The notes below the pieces were generated by a model. The model did not search any database, was not told the DNA's origin, and worked only from the letters and a program-made list of their open reading frames with translations. Shown here one piece after another: positions 19,218-29,698 of a stretch of 64,000 nt of DNA (positions are counted from its first letter, which is position 1; every line of letters starts with the position of its first letter). The stretch comes from Candidatus Aenigmatarchaeota archaeon. GTDB taxonomy: Archaea > Aenigmatarchaeota > Aenigmatarchaeia > CG10238-14 > SCSR01. A program made the position numbers and the translations under genes. Where the stretch lies: contig JAWBTW010000002.1 of assembly GCA_039000165.1 (NCBI GenBank), forward strand, positions 1-64,000. Direction: 5' to 3'.

Positions 19218-19439
19218 TCACTTTTCTATTCCAAACCTTTCTAAACTTTTGTAATTTTTGATTATTTTTTCAGCTTCGCAACAAATTTTTTCTGCTTTTT
19301 TATAAAAATGTTCACTTCCAAAGAGAAATTTTTCAATCGAATGTAACTTCTCGTAGAAAATTATCAAGAATTTGTAAACTCTCAGTTTTGTTAGTTCCAT
19401 CATAATTAAAATTTTGATTTCTATGCTTAAATTTTTCAA
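19218..19439 (-). CDS. Small hypothetical protein
   Basis: ORF ending 4 nt before the next gene; start uncertain. Confidence 0.4.
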   Translation of the reverse strand: MKNLSIEIKILIMMELTKLRVYKFLIIFYEKLHSIEKFLFGSEHFYKKAEKICCEAEKIIKNYKSLERFGIEK

Positions 19440-19463
19440 AAAAAATTAAATATTTAAGAGAAA

Positions 19464-19970
19464 ATGAACCTAAAAGCTTTACTTGAAGCTGCACTATTCG
19501 TTTCTGACAAACCTTTAAGCCTGGAAAAACTTTCAAAAGTAGTTGGAATATGCTCAGAAGAAGAAGTTAAAAAGCTTTTAGAGGAGTTAAAAAAAGAGTT
19601 AAGTAAAGAAGAGAGAGGTATAGAATTGGTTGAAACACCAGAAGGCTTTGAGTTGAGAGTTAAAAAAGAGTATAGGGAAAAAGTTGCTAAGCTTGCTCCT
19701 TTTGCTGATTTAAGTAATGGAATGATGAGAACTTTAGCAATAGTTGCTGTGAAGCAGCCTATAAAACAGTCTTTAATAGTAAAGTACCAAGGAAACAAGG
19801 CTTATGGTTATGTAGAAGCTCTAGAAAAAAAAGGTTTAATTAAAACAGAAAAAGCCGGAAGAACAAAAATTATCACAACTACACCTGAATTTGAAAGATA
19901 TTTTGGAAAAAGTACAGAGGAATTAAAAAAGATTCTAGAAGAAAAAGTTTTAAGGGAAAAGAAAATATGA
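19464..19970 (+). CDS. scpB: SMC-Scp complex subunit ScpB
   Basis: LEAALFVSDKPLS, TLAIVAVKQP, TTPEFERYFG. Confidence 0.93.
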   Translation: MNLKALLEAALFVSDKPLSLEKLSKVVGICSEEEVKKLLEELKKELSKEERGIELVETPEGFELRVKKEYREKVAKLAPFADLSNGMMRTLAIVAVKQPIKQSLIVKYQGNKAYGYVEALEKKGLIKTEKAGRTKIITTTPEFERYFGKSTEELKKILEEKVLREKKI

Positions 19971-19974
19971 AAAA

Positions 19975-20466
19975 TTATTCTTGGTCTGGATACTTTTCCA
20001 CTTCTTTTTTCTTTATTTCAAGCTTAACTCCTGCTTTTTTAAAGAATTTTTTTGTCAAAGCTGAGTCGTGATAGTCTTTTTCTGCTACCACTCTTTTAAT
20101 TCCTGCATTTATTATCATCTTTGCGCAGGTAAAGCAAGGTACAAATTTCACGTACAGAGTTGCATCTTTCGTGGAAACACCATGCAAAGCAGCTTGAACT
20201 ATTGCGTTTTGTTCAGCATGAGTAGTTCTTATACAATGTTTTTTCTTTTTCCCTGTTACTGGATCTATAGTTTCAGTTAATAAGTGCCCAACATCATCGC
20301 AATGTGGTAAACCAGAAGGTGCCCCTACATAGCCTGTAGTTAAAATTCTTTTATCCTTGACTATAACTGCCCCGTTTCTTCCTCTATCGCATGTTGCTCT
20401 TGTGCCAACAACTTTCGCAATCTCCAGAAAATAATCATCCCAGCTTGGTCTTTTATATTTCTTCAT
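19975..20466 (-). CDS. dCMP deaminase
   Basis: RPSWDDYF, HAEQNA, PCFTC. Confidence 0.93.
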   Translation of the reverse strand: MKKYKRPSWDDYFLEIAKVVGTRATCDRGRNGAVIVKDKRILTTGYVGAPSGLPHCDDVGHLLTETIDPVTGKKKKHCIRTTHAEQNAIVQAALHGVSTKDATLYVKFVPCFTCAKMIINAGIKRVVAEKDYHDSALTKKFFKKAGVKLEIKKKEVEKYPDQE

Positions 20467-20545
20467 AATCTTTTTTTAAGAAAAAAGAATTATTTAAAAC
20501 TTTGCTTAGGTCAAAGCTTTAACTTTATTTTTTCTCAAATTTTAT

Positions 20546-22444
20546 TTGATTAAAATGAGTGGAGAAATAACAAGTTTGGATTTGAGGTTTTTGGTAAAAG
20601 AGCTTAAAGAAGCCTTAGAAGGAGGAAAAATTCAAGGGATTAAACAAGAAGGCAAAACATTTTTATTCGAAATATACAAAAAAGAAAGGTTTTTTCTTAA
20701 AGTTTTGCTTGATAAAGCAATTTATTTAACCAAAAAGAAGGAAAAATTCGAAAAAGCAACGAGTTTTTGTATGCAACTTAGAAAACATTTGTTAGGAAAA
20801 ACTATAAGGAACGTTTTCCAAGTTGGTTTTGATAGAATTGTTGAGTTGGAAATTGATGGCTTAAGCTTAATTTTTGAAATTTTCGGGAATGGAAACTTAA
20901 TTTTAGCAAATTCTTCTGGCTTGATAATAACTGCTTTCGAAAAAAGAGAGTGGAAAGATAGAAAAATAATACCAAAAGCTCTGTACAAGTACCCACCTTC
21001 TTGTATAAATCCTTTCGATAAAAACTTTTTTGATTTCCAAAAGTTTTTGAAAGAAAAAAAGAGCGAAATAGTCAAGGTTTTAGCTTCGGATTTTGGTTTA
21101 TCAAGAAAGTACGCAGAAGAAATTTGTGAGAGATTAGGGTTTAAAAAAGAAAAAATCTGCTCAGAATTGGATCAAAGTGAAATTGATAAGCTGTTTAGAT
21201 TTTTTGAAGAACTTAAAAATGTTGAGATTAAGCCACATGTTATTCTAGAAAATAAAAAAATTATCGATTTTTTTCCTTTTGAAACAGAGAAATTTAAAAA
21301 AAATGAAAAAATTTACTTTGAAAACTTTAACCAAGCTATCGAAAGTTATTTCGAATTTTCCTTAGAATCTAAAAAGTTGGAAGAAAGATTAGAAGAATTT
21401 ATGAAAAAAGAAGAAAAAATTAGAAGAATTTATGAAAAACAAGTAGCTCAGCTTGAAAAATTGAAAAAAAATTACGAAAAATACAGCAAAATTGGGAAAA
21501 TCCTTTACGAAAAATATCAGTACTTCGATGTTTTTCTAAAGAAAATCGCTGAATTTATAGAAATGAAGCTAGGTTGGGAAGAGATTAAAGCAAAAATTAA
21601 GGCCTTCGATACAGAAAAAATTCTAAAAGAAATCGATGAAACCAAAGCTACCATAAACTTTTTAATCGATGGAAATGAAATCCAGCTCGATTTTAGAAAA
21701 AGTTTAGAGGAAAATGCAAACTTTTATTTTGAAAAAGCAAAAAAAGTGAAAGAAAAGATTGAAAAATTGAAAAAAGCTCTTGAAAAAATAGAAATTGAAA
21801 AAGGGAAAAAAGAGGAAGAGAAGAAAAAAGAATGGTATGAAAGGTTTAGATGGTTTATAAGTAGTGATAATTTCTTAGTTATAGCCGGTAAAGATGCTAA
21901 AACTAACGAGGAAATAGTGAAAAAATACGCTAAAGAACAAGATATAATCCTTCATGCAGACATTCATGGAGCACCTTTTGTTCTGATAAGAAATGAAAAG
22001 AAAAAAGAAGTACCATTAGAAACTATAATGGAAGCAGCAGAGTTTGCTGCCAGCTATTCAAAAGCATGGTTTTTGGGTTTGGGTAGCACAGATGTTTTTT
22101 ATGTAAAGCCTGAACAAGTTGTAAAGGAAGCTTTACCCTTAGGAAGTTTCAAGATTAGAGGAAAAAGAGAATGGCTTAAGAAGGTTCCACTCAGGGTTTC
22201 GATTGGGCTAAAAATTGAAGATGGTATAAAAATCATAGCCGGACCAGTAACAGCAATAAAAAAACAAACTCCTTATATAGTTACTCTTTGTCCAGGAGAT
22301 ATTAACTCAGAGAAGTTAGCTAAGGAAATAAAGAGGGAGTTTTTATTAAAAGTTCCTTTTGAAGTAAAAAGCTTGGTTGAAAAAATAGATCTGGAAGAAA
22401 TTAAAAGGCATATTCCTTACGGAAAGGGAAAATTGGTTCTATGA
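20546..22444 (+). CDS. rqcH: Ribosome rescue protein RqcH (NFACT family)
   Basis: F.M.LRKHL, FDRI, EIFGNGN, WYERFRWFISS, HADIHGAP. Confidence 0.92.
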   Translation: MIKMSGEITSLDLRFLVKELKEALEGGKIQGIKQEGKTFLFEIYKKERFFLKVLLDKAIYLTKKKEKFEKATSFCMQLRKHLLGKTIRNVFQVGFDRIVELEIDGLSLIFEIFGNGNLILANSSGLIITAFEKREWKDRKIIPKALYKYPPSCINPFDKNFFDFQKFLKEKKSEIVKVLASDFGLSRKYAEEICERLGFKKEKICSELDQSEIDKLFRFFEELKNVEIKPHVILENKKIIDFFPFETEKFKKNEKIYFENFNQAIESYFEFSLESKKLEERLEEFMKKEEKIRRIYEKQVAQLEKLKKNYEKYSKIGKILYEKYQYFDVFLKKIAEFIEMKLGWEEIKAKIKAFDTEKILKEIDETKATINFLIDGNEIQLDFRKSLEENANFYFEKAKKVKEKIEKLKKALEKIEIEKGKKEEEKKKEWYERFRWFISSDNFLVIAGKDAKTNEEIVKKYAKEQDIILHADIHGAPFVLIRNEKKKEVPLETIMEAAEFAASYSKAWFLGLGSTDVFYVKPEQVVKEALPLGSFKIRGKREWLKKVPLRVSIGLKIEDGIKIIAGPVTAIKKQTPYIVTLCPGDINSEKLAKEIKREFLLKVPFEVKSLVEKIDLEEIKRHIPYGKGKLVL

Positions 22445-22576
22445 ACTCTTCTTGGATTCTAAGAATAGAGGTCCTCTATAGCCACATTTTCTACATTCAT
22501 AGACTTGACCTAACCAAGGCAAATAGTTTAACTCTTTACTTTTACAAAAAGCACATCTCAAAACTCTTTTAAGCAT
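22439..22576 (-). CDS. Small zinc-ribbon protein, 45 aa
   Basis: MLKRVLRCAFCKS...YECRKCGYRGP with two CxxC pairs; ATG at 22576. Confidence 0.7.
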   Translation of the reverse strand: MLKRVLRCAFCKSKELNYLPWLGQVYECRKCGYRGPLFLESKKSS

Positions 22577-22604
22577 ATTTATTAGTTGAAAGTTAAAGAT
22601 TAAT

Positions 22605-23435
22605 TTGATGGTTTTCGTAGTAAAAGCTGATGGAAGAAAGGAAGAGTTCAAAAAAGAAAAAGTTATAAGAACATGTTTAAGGATGGGAGCTTCTCAAGAA
22701 CAGGCAGAAATAATAGCTAGAGAAATCGAGAAAAGAATCCGTGAAGAAATAGAAACAAGAAAAATCCTTAAGATGATTTTCAAGTTCTTACAAAAATTTA
22801 AACCAGAAATAAAGCATCAAATAGACTTGAGAGAGGCTATTTCTCTACTTAATCCTAAACCCGATTTTGAGAGGTTTGTTCAACTTCTTTTAAAAGAGCA
22901 CGGTTATGAAGTTATTCCAAATCAAATAGTTGAAGGATATTGCGTTGACCATGAAATTGATGCTATAGCAAAAAGAGACGGTCAAACATTCTTAGTTGAG
23001 ATTAAACATCATGTTAACCACCATGGTTACACTGGAAAAGATGTTTTTCTTGAGGCCCAAGCTATTCTTGAAGATTTGAAAGAAGGAAGAAAAGTAGGCA
23101 AAAATTCTTTAGATTTAACCAAAATTTTAATAGTTTGCAATACTAAATTTTCTGACCATGCAAAAAAGTACGCTTTATGCAAAGGGATTGATTTTATAGG
23201 CTGGAATTATCCAGAAGAAAAAGGCCTTGAAAGGCTTATAGAAGAGAAAAAACTTTATCCTATAACCATTCTGAAAGGCCTGGATGAAAGGACAAAAGAA
23301 AAAATAACAAACGCAGGAATAATTTTGCTCAAACAACTCATTGAAGAAAGAATAGAAGAGCTTAGAAATAAAACAAAAATACCCAAGAAAAAATTGCTAG
23401 TTTTAAGACAGAAAGCTAAGGAAATCTTAACTTGA
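22605..23435 (+). CDS. ATP-cone plus Mrr-like restriction endonuclease domain protein
   Basis: VVKADGRKEEF ATP-cone; FE...HEID...VEIKHH. Confidence 0.88.
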   Translation: MMVFVVKADGRKEEFKKEKVIRTCLRMGASQEQAEIIAREIEKRIREEIETRKILKMIFKFLQKFKPEIKHQIDLREAISLLNPKPDFERFVQLLLKEHGYEVIPNQIVEGYCVDHEIDAIAKRDGQTFLVEIKHHVNHHGYTGKDVFLEAQAILEDLKEGRKVGKNSLDLTKILIVCNTKFSDHAKKYALCKGIDFIGWNYPEEKGLERLIEEKKLYPITILKGLDERTKEKITNAGIILLKQLIEERIEELRNKTKIPKKKLLVLRQKAKEILT

Positions 23436-23470
23436 TAAATTTTAATTTAACTTAAAAAAATAATTAAATT

Positions 23471-23932
23471 ATGGAAAAAAGCTTCTATCTGGTAATTATT
23501 TTAACCATAATTATTACCGCCTTTTTTGAAATAATATTTCAACTAACCTATAAAACGAATCCTGCCATTTCTTATATACAATTCTACTCAACTTTTACGG
23601 TCCTTGGTTTTTTAGCTTCCTTTACATCTTTGAGGATGTATAAAGTTTTTTTCAAAACTAAAGAAATTTCTACAGTTAACTTTATGCTAGAACCTAAAAA
23701 GCTAAAGGAAGAAATTAAATTTTTACGTAGTTCGCTAATCGTAGTTTTTATAGGTTGGATTTGTTATGTTGTAGAAATGTGTGTAGAGAATGTTTTCCCA
23801 GAGTTATTTTTTAAGTACGAAATAGTTTTTTCAATCTTGTACAATTCCTACATTTTTTCCTCTATTTTGCTAGCTCTTACTCTTATTGCCATCTTAAACA
23901 ATTGGAGGAGGAGGATTTCGGCTTATGCTTGA
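23471..23932 (+). CDS. Four-TM membrane protein
   Basis: Four hydrophobic segments; architecture like the next ORF. Confidence 0.7.
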   Translation: MEKSFYLVIILTIIITAFFEIIFQLTYKTNPAISYIQFYSTFTVLGFLASFTSLRMYKVFFKTKEISTVNFMLEPKKLKEEIKFLRSSLIVVFIGWICYVVEMCVENVFPELFFKYEIVFSILYNSYIFSSILLALTLIAILNNWRRRISAYA

Positions 23933-24368
23933 AAAAGTAAAGAGTTTTACTTTTTTCAACTTAATTTTTATGCTCGCTATTATTGTGATAAGCGCATTGA
24001 TAGAATATTACAATGTTCGGTATTTTTTCAACTTCTTAGCTTCTTTTGCCATTATAATTATTTCAAGTATAGCAGCATACTTCGGTAAAAAGTTTTTAGA
24101 AAATTTTGAAAAAAATGAACAGTATGTAGCTACTCTAATATTCATACACCCAAAGATTAGAGAAAGTTTTAAGATAATGTTTTTAGCTACTTTTGTTTTC
24201 GGAATAATGTGGAGCTTTTTACTATTGAGATTTGTTTTTTCCTTACAGAACATTTTTCAACATTTAATTGTGATACTAGATATAGCTCACCTGTTTTCAA
24301 CTTACTTTGTGCCTCTTTCTATAGCTTATTTTTTCAAAAACCTTTATGAAATAACAAAAAGTGATTGA
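23925..24368 (+). CDS. Four-TM membrane protein
   Basis: Four hydrophobic segments; overlaps the upstream gene. Confidence 0.7.
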   Translation: MLEKVKSFTFFNLIFMLAIIVISALIEYYNVRYFFNFLASFAIIIISSIAAYFGKKFLENFEKNEQYVATLIFIHPKIRESFKIMFLATFVFGIMWSFLLLRFVFSLQNIFQHLIVILDIAHLFSTYFVPLSIAYFFKNLYEITKSD

Positions 24369-24740
24369 ATGGAATTAAAAAGCGAATTAGAAGGGGTGTT
24401 AAAGGAAATAAAAATGATAGAAGGAGTTAGAGGAGCAATAATAGCTAAAAATGATGGACTACTGATAGCTTCTTACCTTCCTTCTGGTCTTAACGCTAAG
24501 CTTCTAGCTGCTTTGGCTGCAGCAATAACAAAAAGCTCTTTCGTATCGACAAAAGAACTTGGAATGGGAAGCTTTACTCATACAATAGTAAAAGCTTCTA
24601 ACGGTTATTATGTGTGTTTCCCTGTTGATAGCGAGATGATTTTAGCATGTTTACTTGAAAAAGATGCTAACTTAGGGATGGTTTTGATAAAGATGGAAAA
24701 GAGTATAAAGGAAGTGGTGAATGTACTAAGAAGTATTTAA
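24369..24740 (+). CDS. Roadblock/LC7 (MglB-like) domain protein
   Basis: GVRGAIIAKNDGLLIAS...ANLGMV. Confidence 0.9.
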   Translation: MELKSELEGVLKEIKMIEGVRGAIIAKNDGLLIASYLPSGLNAKLLAALAAAITKSSFVSTKELGMGSFTHTIVKASNGYYVCFPVDSEMILACLLEKDANLGMVLIKMEKSIKEVVNVLRSI

Positions 24741-24916
24741 TAAACTGAAACATTTACACTTGCTATTTTTCCTTCTTCTATCTTAACTTTTCCAATAAAA
24801 TAAAAATTTTCTCTTTGGTTTGGAGAAATTTTTGGGAAAAAGGCTGTGAGGGAAGAAAAAAAGTTTAGTATTAGTAAAAAAAGAAAAACAAACAAAATTA
24901 CGAGCAAGAGTTTCAT
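24737..24916 (-). CDS. Small secreted/membrane protein, 59 aa (not in ORF track)
   Basis: MKLLLVILFVFLFLLILNFFSSLTAFF...SVNVSVY*; starts 7 nt after the upstream ORF stop. Confidence 0.55.
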   Translation of the reverse strand: MKLLLVILFVFLFLLILNFFSSLTAFFPKISPNQRENFYFIGKVKIEEGKIASVNVSVY

Positions 24917-24923
24917 GTTATCA

Positions 24924-25328
24924 CTAGAACTTTGCTATAACATCATAGCTCCCAGCATAAGCTAAGCCGCAGAAGCTTCCGTTTTCTTGTATTTGAGAAG
25001 GAAGTACTTTGAAAGCATAGCCCCAAGTGTCGTTGTAGTAAACAGAAGTTTTACAAGTGCTGAAAGTAATGTTTTCTGGGATCTCAAGATAAGTCCCAGT
25101 TGATTTGTAGTAGCTAGGTAAAGTGCCTTCTGGAACTAACCATATTTCTTTTGGTGGCCATACGTATTCTCCAAGCTTAAAATTTATACTCCCTCTTATC
25201 ATTCCAAAAGAAGCTAACAATTCCTTGTTCCCTATCTCTACTATTTCGCCTTCCCTTATGCTAGCTTTAAGGGAATGTACCGCTGGTATCAACAAAAGAA
25301 AAAACAAAGCCAAACTTATCCTTTTCAT
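24924..25328 (-). CDS. Secreted hypothetical protein
   Basis: Signal peptide MKRISLALFFLLLIPAVHS. Confidence 0.65.
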   Translation of the reverse strand: MKRISLALFFLLLIPAVHSLKASIREGEIVEIGNKELLASFGMIRGSINFKLGEYVWPPKEIWLVPEGTLPSYYKSTGTYLEIPENITFSTCKTSVYYNDTWGYAFKVLPSQIQENGSFCGLAYAGSYDVIAKF

Positions 25329-25372
25329 ACTTTATGAGTTTATTGGAAAATGGATAAAAGTTTCTTACCTCT

Positions 25373-25999
25373 TTAAGTAGTAAATTTCAAATTTTTTGAT
25401 TCATACTTACAAAATTTCACGATTGGACACAAATAGCATCTTGGTTTTGCTCTACAAATTTCTTTACCAAATTCAACAAAAAGACTATTTATTATTAGCC
25501 TATACTTTTGGGGAACAATTTTGTGTAAATCTTCCCTTATTTTTTCTGGTTTATCATTTTTTGTCCATCCTAATCTTTTTGAAATTGTAGCTACATGCGT
25601 ATCAACAGCAATTACTGGCATACCGAAAGAATAAGAAAGAACAACATCAGCAGTTTTTGGACCAACTCCTGGAAGTTTCATAAGTTCATTTCTTGAAGAA
25701 GGAACCTTTCCCTCATACTTTTCAATAATAATCTTGCTCACTTCCTTGATTCTCTTTGCTTTTTGTCTGTAGAAACCTACTTCTTTAATCAAATTTGCAA
25801 TTTCTTTTTCATCCAACTTCAAAATTTTTTCTGGGGTATCTGCTTTTGAGAAAAGTTTTCGCCAGGCTTGAGAAGTTTTCTCATCCCTAGTTCTTTGTGA
25901 AAGAATAGTACCGATAAGAAGCTTAAAAGGCTCTTCTCTCCAAGGCTTAATCTTGTATTTTTCGTTGAGTATGGTAATTATTTTCTCAACACTGCTCAC
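25373..25999 (-). CDS. nth: Endonuclease III
   Basis: LSQRT, HhH LPGVGPKTA, VDTH, Cx5Cx2Cx5C Fe-S-type motif. Confidence 0.95.
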   Translation of the reverse strand: MSSVEKIITILNEKYKIKPWREEPFKLLIGTILSQRTRDEKTSQAWRKLFSKADTPEKILKLDEKEIANLIKEVGFYRQKAKRIKEVSKIIIEKYEGKVPSSRNELMKLPGVGPKTADVVLSYSFGMPVIAVDTHVATISKRLGWTKNDKPEKIREDLHKIVPQKYRLIINSLFVEFGKEICRAKPRCYLCPIVKFCKYESKNLKFTT

Positions 26000-26007
26000 A
26001 AGAATAA

Positions 26008-26298
26008 TTATTGTTCAGAATATAAAATTTGCATCATTTGATGATATATCTTGAGAAATCTTTTTCCTTTTTCTGTTATTTGGTAAGTTATAGGTGAATT
26101 TTTCTGCTCGAGTAAACCACAGCTTAAAACCCTTCTAAGGTAACGTTCAAGTTGAGTAAAGCTTAAGTTGGCCTTGTACATTATATGTGTTTTGTTTATT
26201 GGTCTTGAGGCGAGAGATAGTATATCTGCTATTATTTTAAATTCTTCTCTACGCGTTTCTTTCTCTTCTTTTGCAAGATTGTTTTTTAAATAAAGCAT
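26008..26298 (-). CDS. Winged-helix regulator (archaeal HTH_45-like)
   Basis: IIADIL...KTHIMYKANLS...YQITEKG. Confidence 0.85.
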   Translation of the reverse strand: MLYLKNNLAKEEKETRREEFKIIADILSLASRPINKTHIMYKANLSFTQLERYLRRVLSCGLLEQKNSPITYQITEKGKRFLKIYHQMMQILYSEQ

Positions 26299-26423
26299 TT
26301 TTTGAATTTGGGTTCAAAGATTTTTAAGCTTTTTGGGTAAAAAAGATTTAAGAGCAAGACTTATTTTATTATTATTGTTTTTATGGTTAAGCAAATCTAT
26401 ATTATATTCTCCAGAAATGTTTA

Positions 26424-29231
26424 GTGGTAATTATGGTTTTTGAGCTACTCAATCCCCAACTGAGAAAAATTATAGAAAAAAGGTTTAAGCAACCAACCTT
26501 ACCACAAAAACTTGCAATTCCACCTATTTTAGAAGGAAAAAATGTCTTAGTTATTGCGCCTACAGGTACAGGAAAAACTGAAAGTTGCATGCTTCCTTTA
26601 TTTCATTTTCTTATGGAAAAAAAACCTAAGCCTATAAGTATTCTTTACATTACTCCCCTAAAAGCCCTTAATCGAGACCTCCTTGAAAGGCTTTTATGGT
26701 GGTGTAATGAAATTGGAATAGAGGCTTCTGTTAGACATGGTGATACAAGCTCTTATGAAAGAAAGTTGCAAGTAGAGTTTCCTCCTTCTCTACTTATAAC
26801 AACTCCGGAAACTTTACAAGCAATTTTGCCTGGGAAAAAAATAAGGGAACATTTGAGTAATGTAAAATGGGTAGTAATAGATGAAGTGCATGAAATAGCT
26901 GACTCAAAAAGAGGAACGCAATTGAGTCTAGCCCTAGAAAGATTGAGAGAAATTTGTAAAGACTTTCAGGTTATAGGGTTAAGCGCAACCGTAGGTTCAC
27001 CAGAAAAAGTTGCAAAGTTCATATCGCCTAACAAACCGATAGAAATTATAAAAGCGACTTTTCCAAAAGGGATGAAAATAAAGGTAGTATATCCAAAGCC
27101 TGAGCTTAAAGACAAAAAAATAAGCGAGAAAATAGTTGCTTCTCCAGAAACTGCTGCAAGACTTAGGTTTATAATGGAAATGATCAAAAAATCACGTTCA
27201 GCTTTGACCTTTACTAACACAAGAGAGTTTGCTGAAATTTTAGCATCAAGAGTTAAAGCAATAGATAAAAACTTTCCCGTAGGTGTTCATCATTCAAGCC
27301 TGAGCAAAGAAGTTAGAATCAAAACTGAGAAAGAATTCAAGCAAGAAAAAATAAAAGCAATAATCTCAACAAGCTCTTTACAACTTGGAATAGATGTGGG
27401 TAGCGTGGATTTAGTTCTTCAGTACATGAGCCCTAGACAAGTAACACAACTAATTCAAAGAGTTGGAAGAAGCGGACATGAAGTTGAAAGAATGGCTAAA
27501 GGTATAGTAATTTCAACAGATGAAGATGATATTTTTGAGTCTGCAGTAATAGCAAGAAAAGCCTTAAAAGAAGAGCTTGAAGAATTGAAGTTTTATGAAA
27601 ATTCTTACGATGTTTTAGCTCATCAAATAGTTGGCCTAACCCATGATTTCTGGAAAATAGAAGTAGAGAAAGCTTACCAAATAGTAAAAAGAGCATTTCC
27701 TTACAGGAATTTGAGCTACACAGAATTTTTAGAAGTTTGTAAGCAACTTCAACAACTCGGTTTGATATTCTTAGATAAAGAAATAAGGAAGAAAAGAAGA
27801 GGTTTTGAATATTACTTTTCACAACTTTCAACGATTCCTGACGTGAAACAATACAAAATATTTAACGCCTTAGACAACAGTTTTGTTGGAGTCTTAGACG
27901 AGGAATTTGTTGCCTTGCATGCTCAAGTCGGGAATAGTTTTATAGTTAAAGGTGAGGCTTGGAGAATTCTTGATATTAAAGAGGATAAGATATTGGTAGA
28001 GCCAACTGTTGATGTAGAAGCTGCCATTCCTGCATGGGAAGGTGAGCTGATTCCTGTACCTTTTGAAGTTGCTCAAGAAGTTGGAAGGTTAAGAAGCCTA
28101 ATTGCAAACCTGCTTGAAAAAGGAGAAGAAGAAACAACCAAAAAAATTTTGGAGCTTTATCCTGTGGATGAAAATTGCGCTAGGGAGATGATAGAAACAA
28201 TAAAAAAACAGCTAAATTATGGTGTTATTCCAGATGATCGAACAATTCTTGTAGAAGATTATGAGAATACTATAATAATTCATGCTTGTTTTGGTTCCTT
28301 AATTAACGAAACTCTTGGTAGGTTTATTTCTGCCTTATTAGCACCAAGGATTGGCTCGGTAGGTTTGAAAACTGATCCGTACAGAATAATCCTTCAGCTA
28401 CAGATTAAAAATCTTGAAGTTATTAAAGAAATAATTTTCAATTCCAATCCGAAATTATTAAGAAGTTACCTAGAAATTAGTCTGACAAAAAGTGATTTGT
28501 TCGAGTGGAAGTTTGTTCACGTGGCAAAAAGGTTTGGTGTAATAGCAAAAGATGCAGAATATGGAAAAACTACAATAAAAAGAATAATAGAAGATTATGT
28601 TGGTTCACCTATATTCAAAGAAACATTAAAAGAATTGGAAACAGAGAAGCTTGATATAGAGAAAACCAAAGAAATACTCAAAAAAATCCAAACTGGAGAA
28701 ATAAAAGTGGTTTTTAAGCAAGGATTATCATTCTTAGGAAAAGTTGGTTTAAGACATAAGTATTTGGAAGTTCTTGGTCCCTCAAAACCCGAGCAAGAAA
28801 TTTTTAGACTTTTTAAACAAAGACTTCTAAGCACCAAATTAAGATTTGTTTGTTTGAATTGTGGAGAATGGAGCCAAACTTTTGTTTTAAAGAATGTTCC
28901 TGAAGACTTGAAATGTAAAAAATGTGAAGCTAGATTGCTTGGAATAACTAGAAGTACTAATCAAAAAATATTGAAGATAGTAAAGAAAAAGTTAAGAAAC
29001 CTTGGGATAACAAAAGATGAGGAAAAACAACTTGAAAGAATAAGAAAAACTGCAGATTTGTTCTTAACTTATGGTAAAAAAGCTGCTTACTGTTTGGCAG
29101 GGAAAGGTATAGGTCCGGACACCGCAATAAAAATATTGTCAAAGTTTCATAAAAATGAAGAGGAACTTTTCAAAAGCATATTGGAAGCGGAAAGGAATTA
29201 CTTAAAGACAAGAAGGTACTGGAGTGTTTAA
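26424..29231 (+). CDS. lhr: Lhr-family DEAD/DEAH-box helicase
   Basis: APTGTGKT, DEVH, SAT, QRVGRSGH, C-terminal CxxC-CxxC. Confidence 0.93.
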   Translation: MVIMVFELLNPQLRKIIEKRFKQPTLPQKLAIPPILEGKNVLVIAPTGTGKTESCMLPLFHFLMEKKPKPISILYITPLKALNRDLLERLLWWCNEIGIEASVRHGDTSSYERKLQVEFPPSLLITTPETLQAILPGKKIREHLSNVKWVVIDEVHEIADSKRGTQLSLALERLREICKDFQVIGLSATVGSPEKVAKFISPNKPIEIIKATFPKGMKIKVVYPKPELKDKKISEKIVASPETAARLRFIMEMIKKSRSALTFTNTREFAEILASRVKAIDKNFPVGVHHSSLSKEVRIKTEKEFKQEKIKAIISTSSLQLGIDVGSVDLVLQYMSPRQVTQLIQRVGRSGHEVERMAKGIVISTDEDDIFESAVIARKALKEELEELKFYENSYDVLAHQIVGLTHDFWKIEVEKAYQIVKRAFPYRNLSYTEFLEVCKQLQQLGLIFLDKEIRKKRRGFEYYFSQLSTIPDVKQYKIFNALDNSFVGVLDEEFVALHAQVGNSFIVKGEAWRILDIKEDKILVEPTVDVEAAIPAWEGELIPVPFEVAQEVGRLRSLIANLLEKGEEETTKKILELYPVDENCAREMIETIKKQLNYGVIPDDRTILVEDYENTIIIHACFGSLINETLGRFISALLAPRIGSVGLKTDPYRIILQLQIKNLEVIKEIIFNSNPKLLRSYLEISLTKSDLFEWKFVHVAKRFGVIAKDAEYGKTTIKRIIEDYVGSPIFKETLKELETEKLDIEKTKEILKKIQTGEIKVVFKQGLSFLGKVGLRHKYLEVLGPSKPEQEIFRLFKQRLLSTKLRFVCLNCGEWSQTFVLKNVPEDLKCKKCEARLLGITRSTNQKILKIVKKKLRNLGITKDEEKQLERIRKTADLFLTYGKKAAYCLAGKGIGPDTAIKILSKFHKNEEELFKSILEAERNYLKTRRYWSV

Positions 29232-29262
29232 AGATAAATACCTAGTTTGATTAAATTAAATT

Positions 29263-29667
29263 ATGGAAGAACTTGAGATGATACTTAAGTTGCTTCTCTC
29301 TGTTTTTCTTGGTAGTTTGATTGGTTATGAAAGACAAATAAGGGCAAAGCCTGCAGGTTTAAGAACTCATATGCTGATTTGTTTGGGTTCAACTCTTTTA
29401 ACGATAATGTCTTTAACTGCTTTTCCTAATGCTGACACTTCAAGAATGGCAGCTTATATAATAGTTGGAATAGGTTTTATCGGTGGTGGCACAATTTTCC
29501 AGTTCAAAGATAAGGTTATTGGTCTAACCACAGCAGCCTCTTTATGGGTTGTTGCTTCGATAGGAATAGCTGTAGGTGTGGGTTATTATTTGTTAGCAAG
29601 TATATCCACTTTGATAGTTTACATAATTCTAAGACTTAGTGTGATAGAAAACGGAATAAAAGGATAA
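29263..29667 (+). CDS. MgtC/SapB family membrane protein
   Basis: IGYER...AGLRTH...GIGFIGGG...GLTTAA. Confidence 0.93.
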   Translation: MEELEMILKLLLSVFLGSLIGYERQIRAKPAGLRTHMLICLGSTLLTIMSLTAFPNADTSRMAAYIIVGIGFIGGGTIFQFKDKVIGLTTAASLWVVASIGIAVGVGYYLLASISTLIVYIILRLSVIENGIKG

Positions 29668-29698
29668 AAATTTATTTATCCCATGCCTTAAAAAAAAT

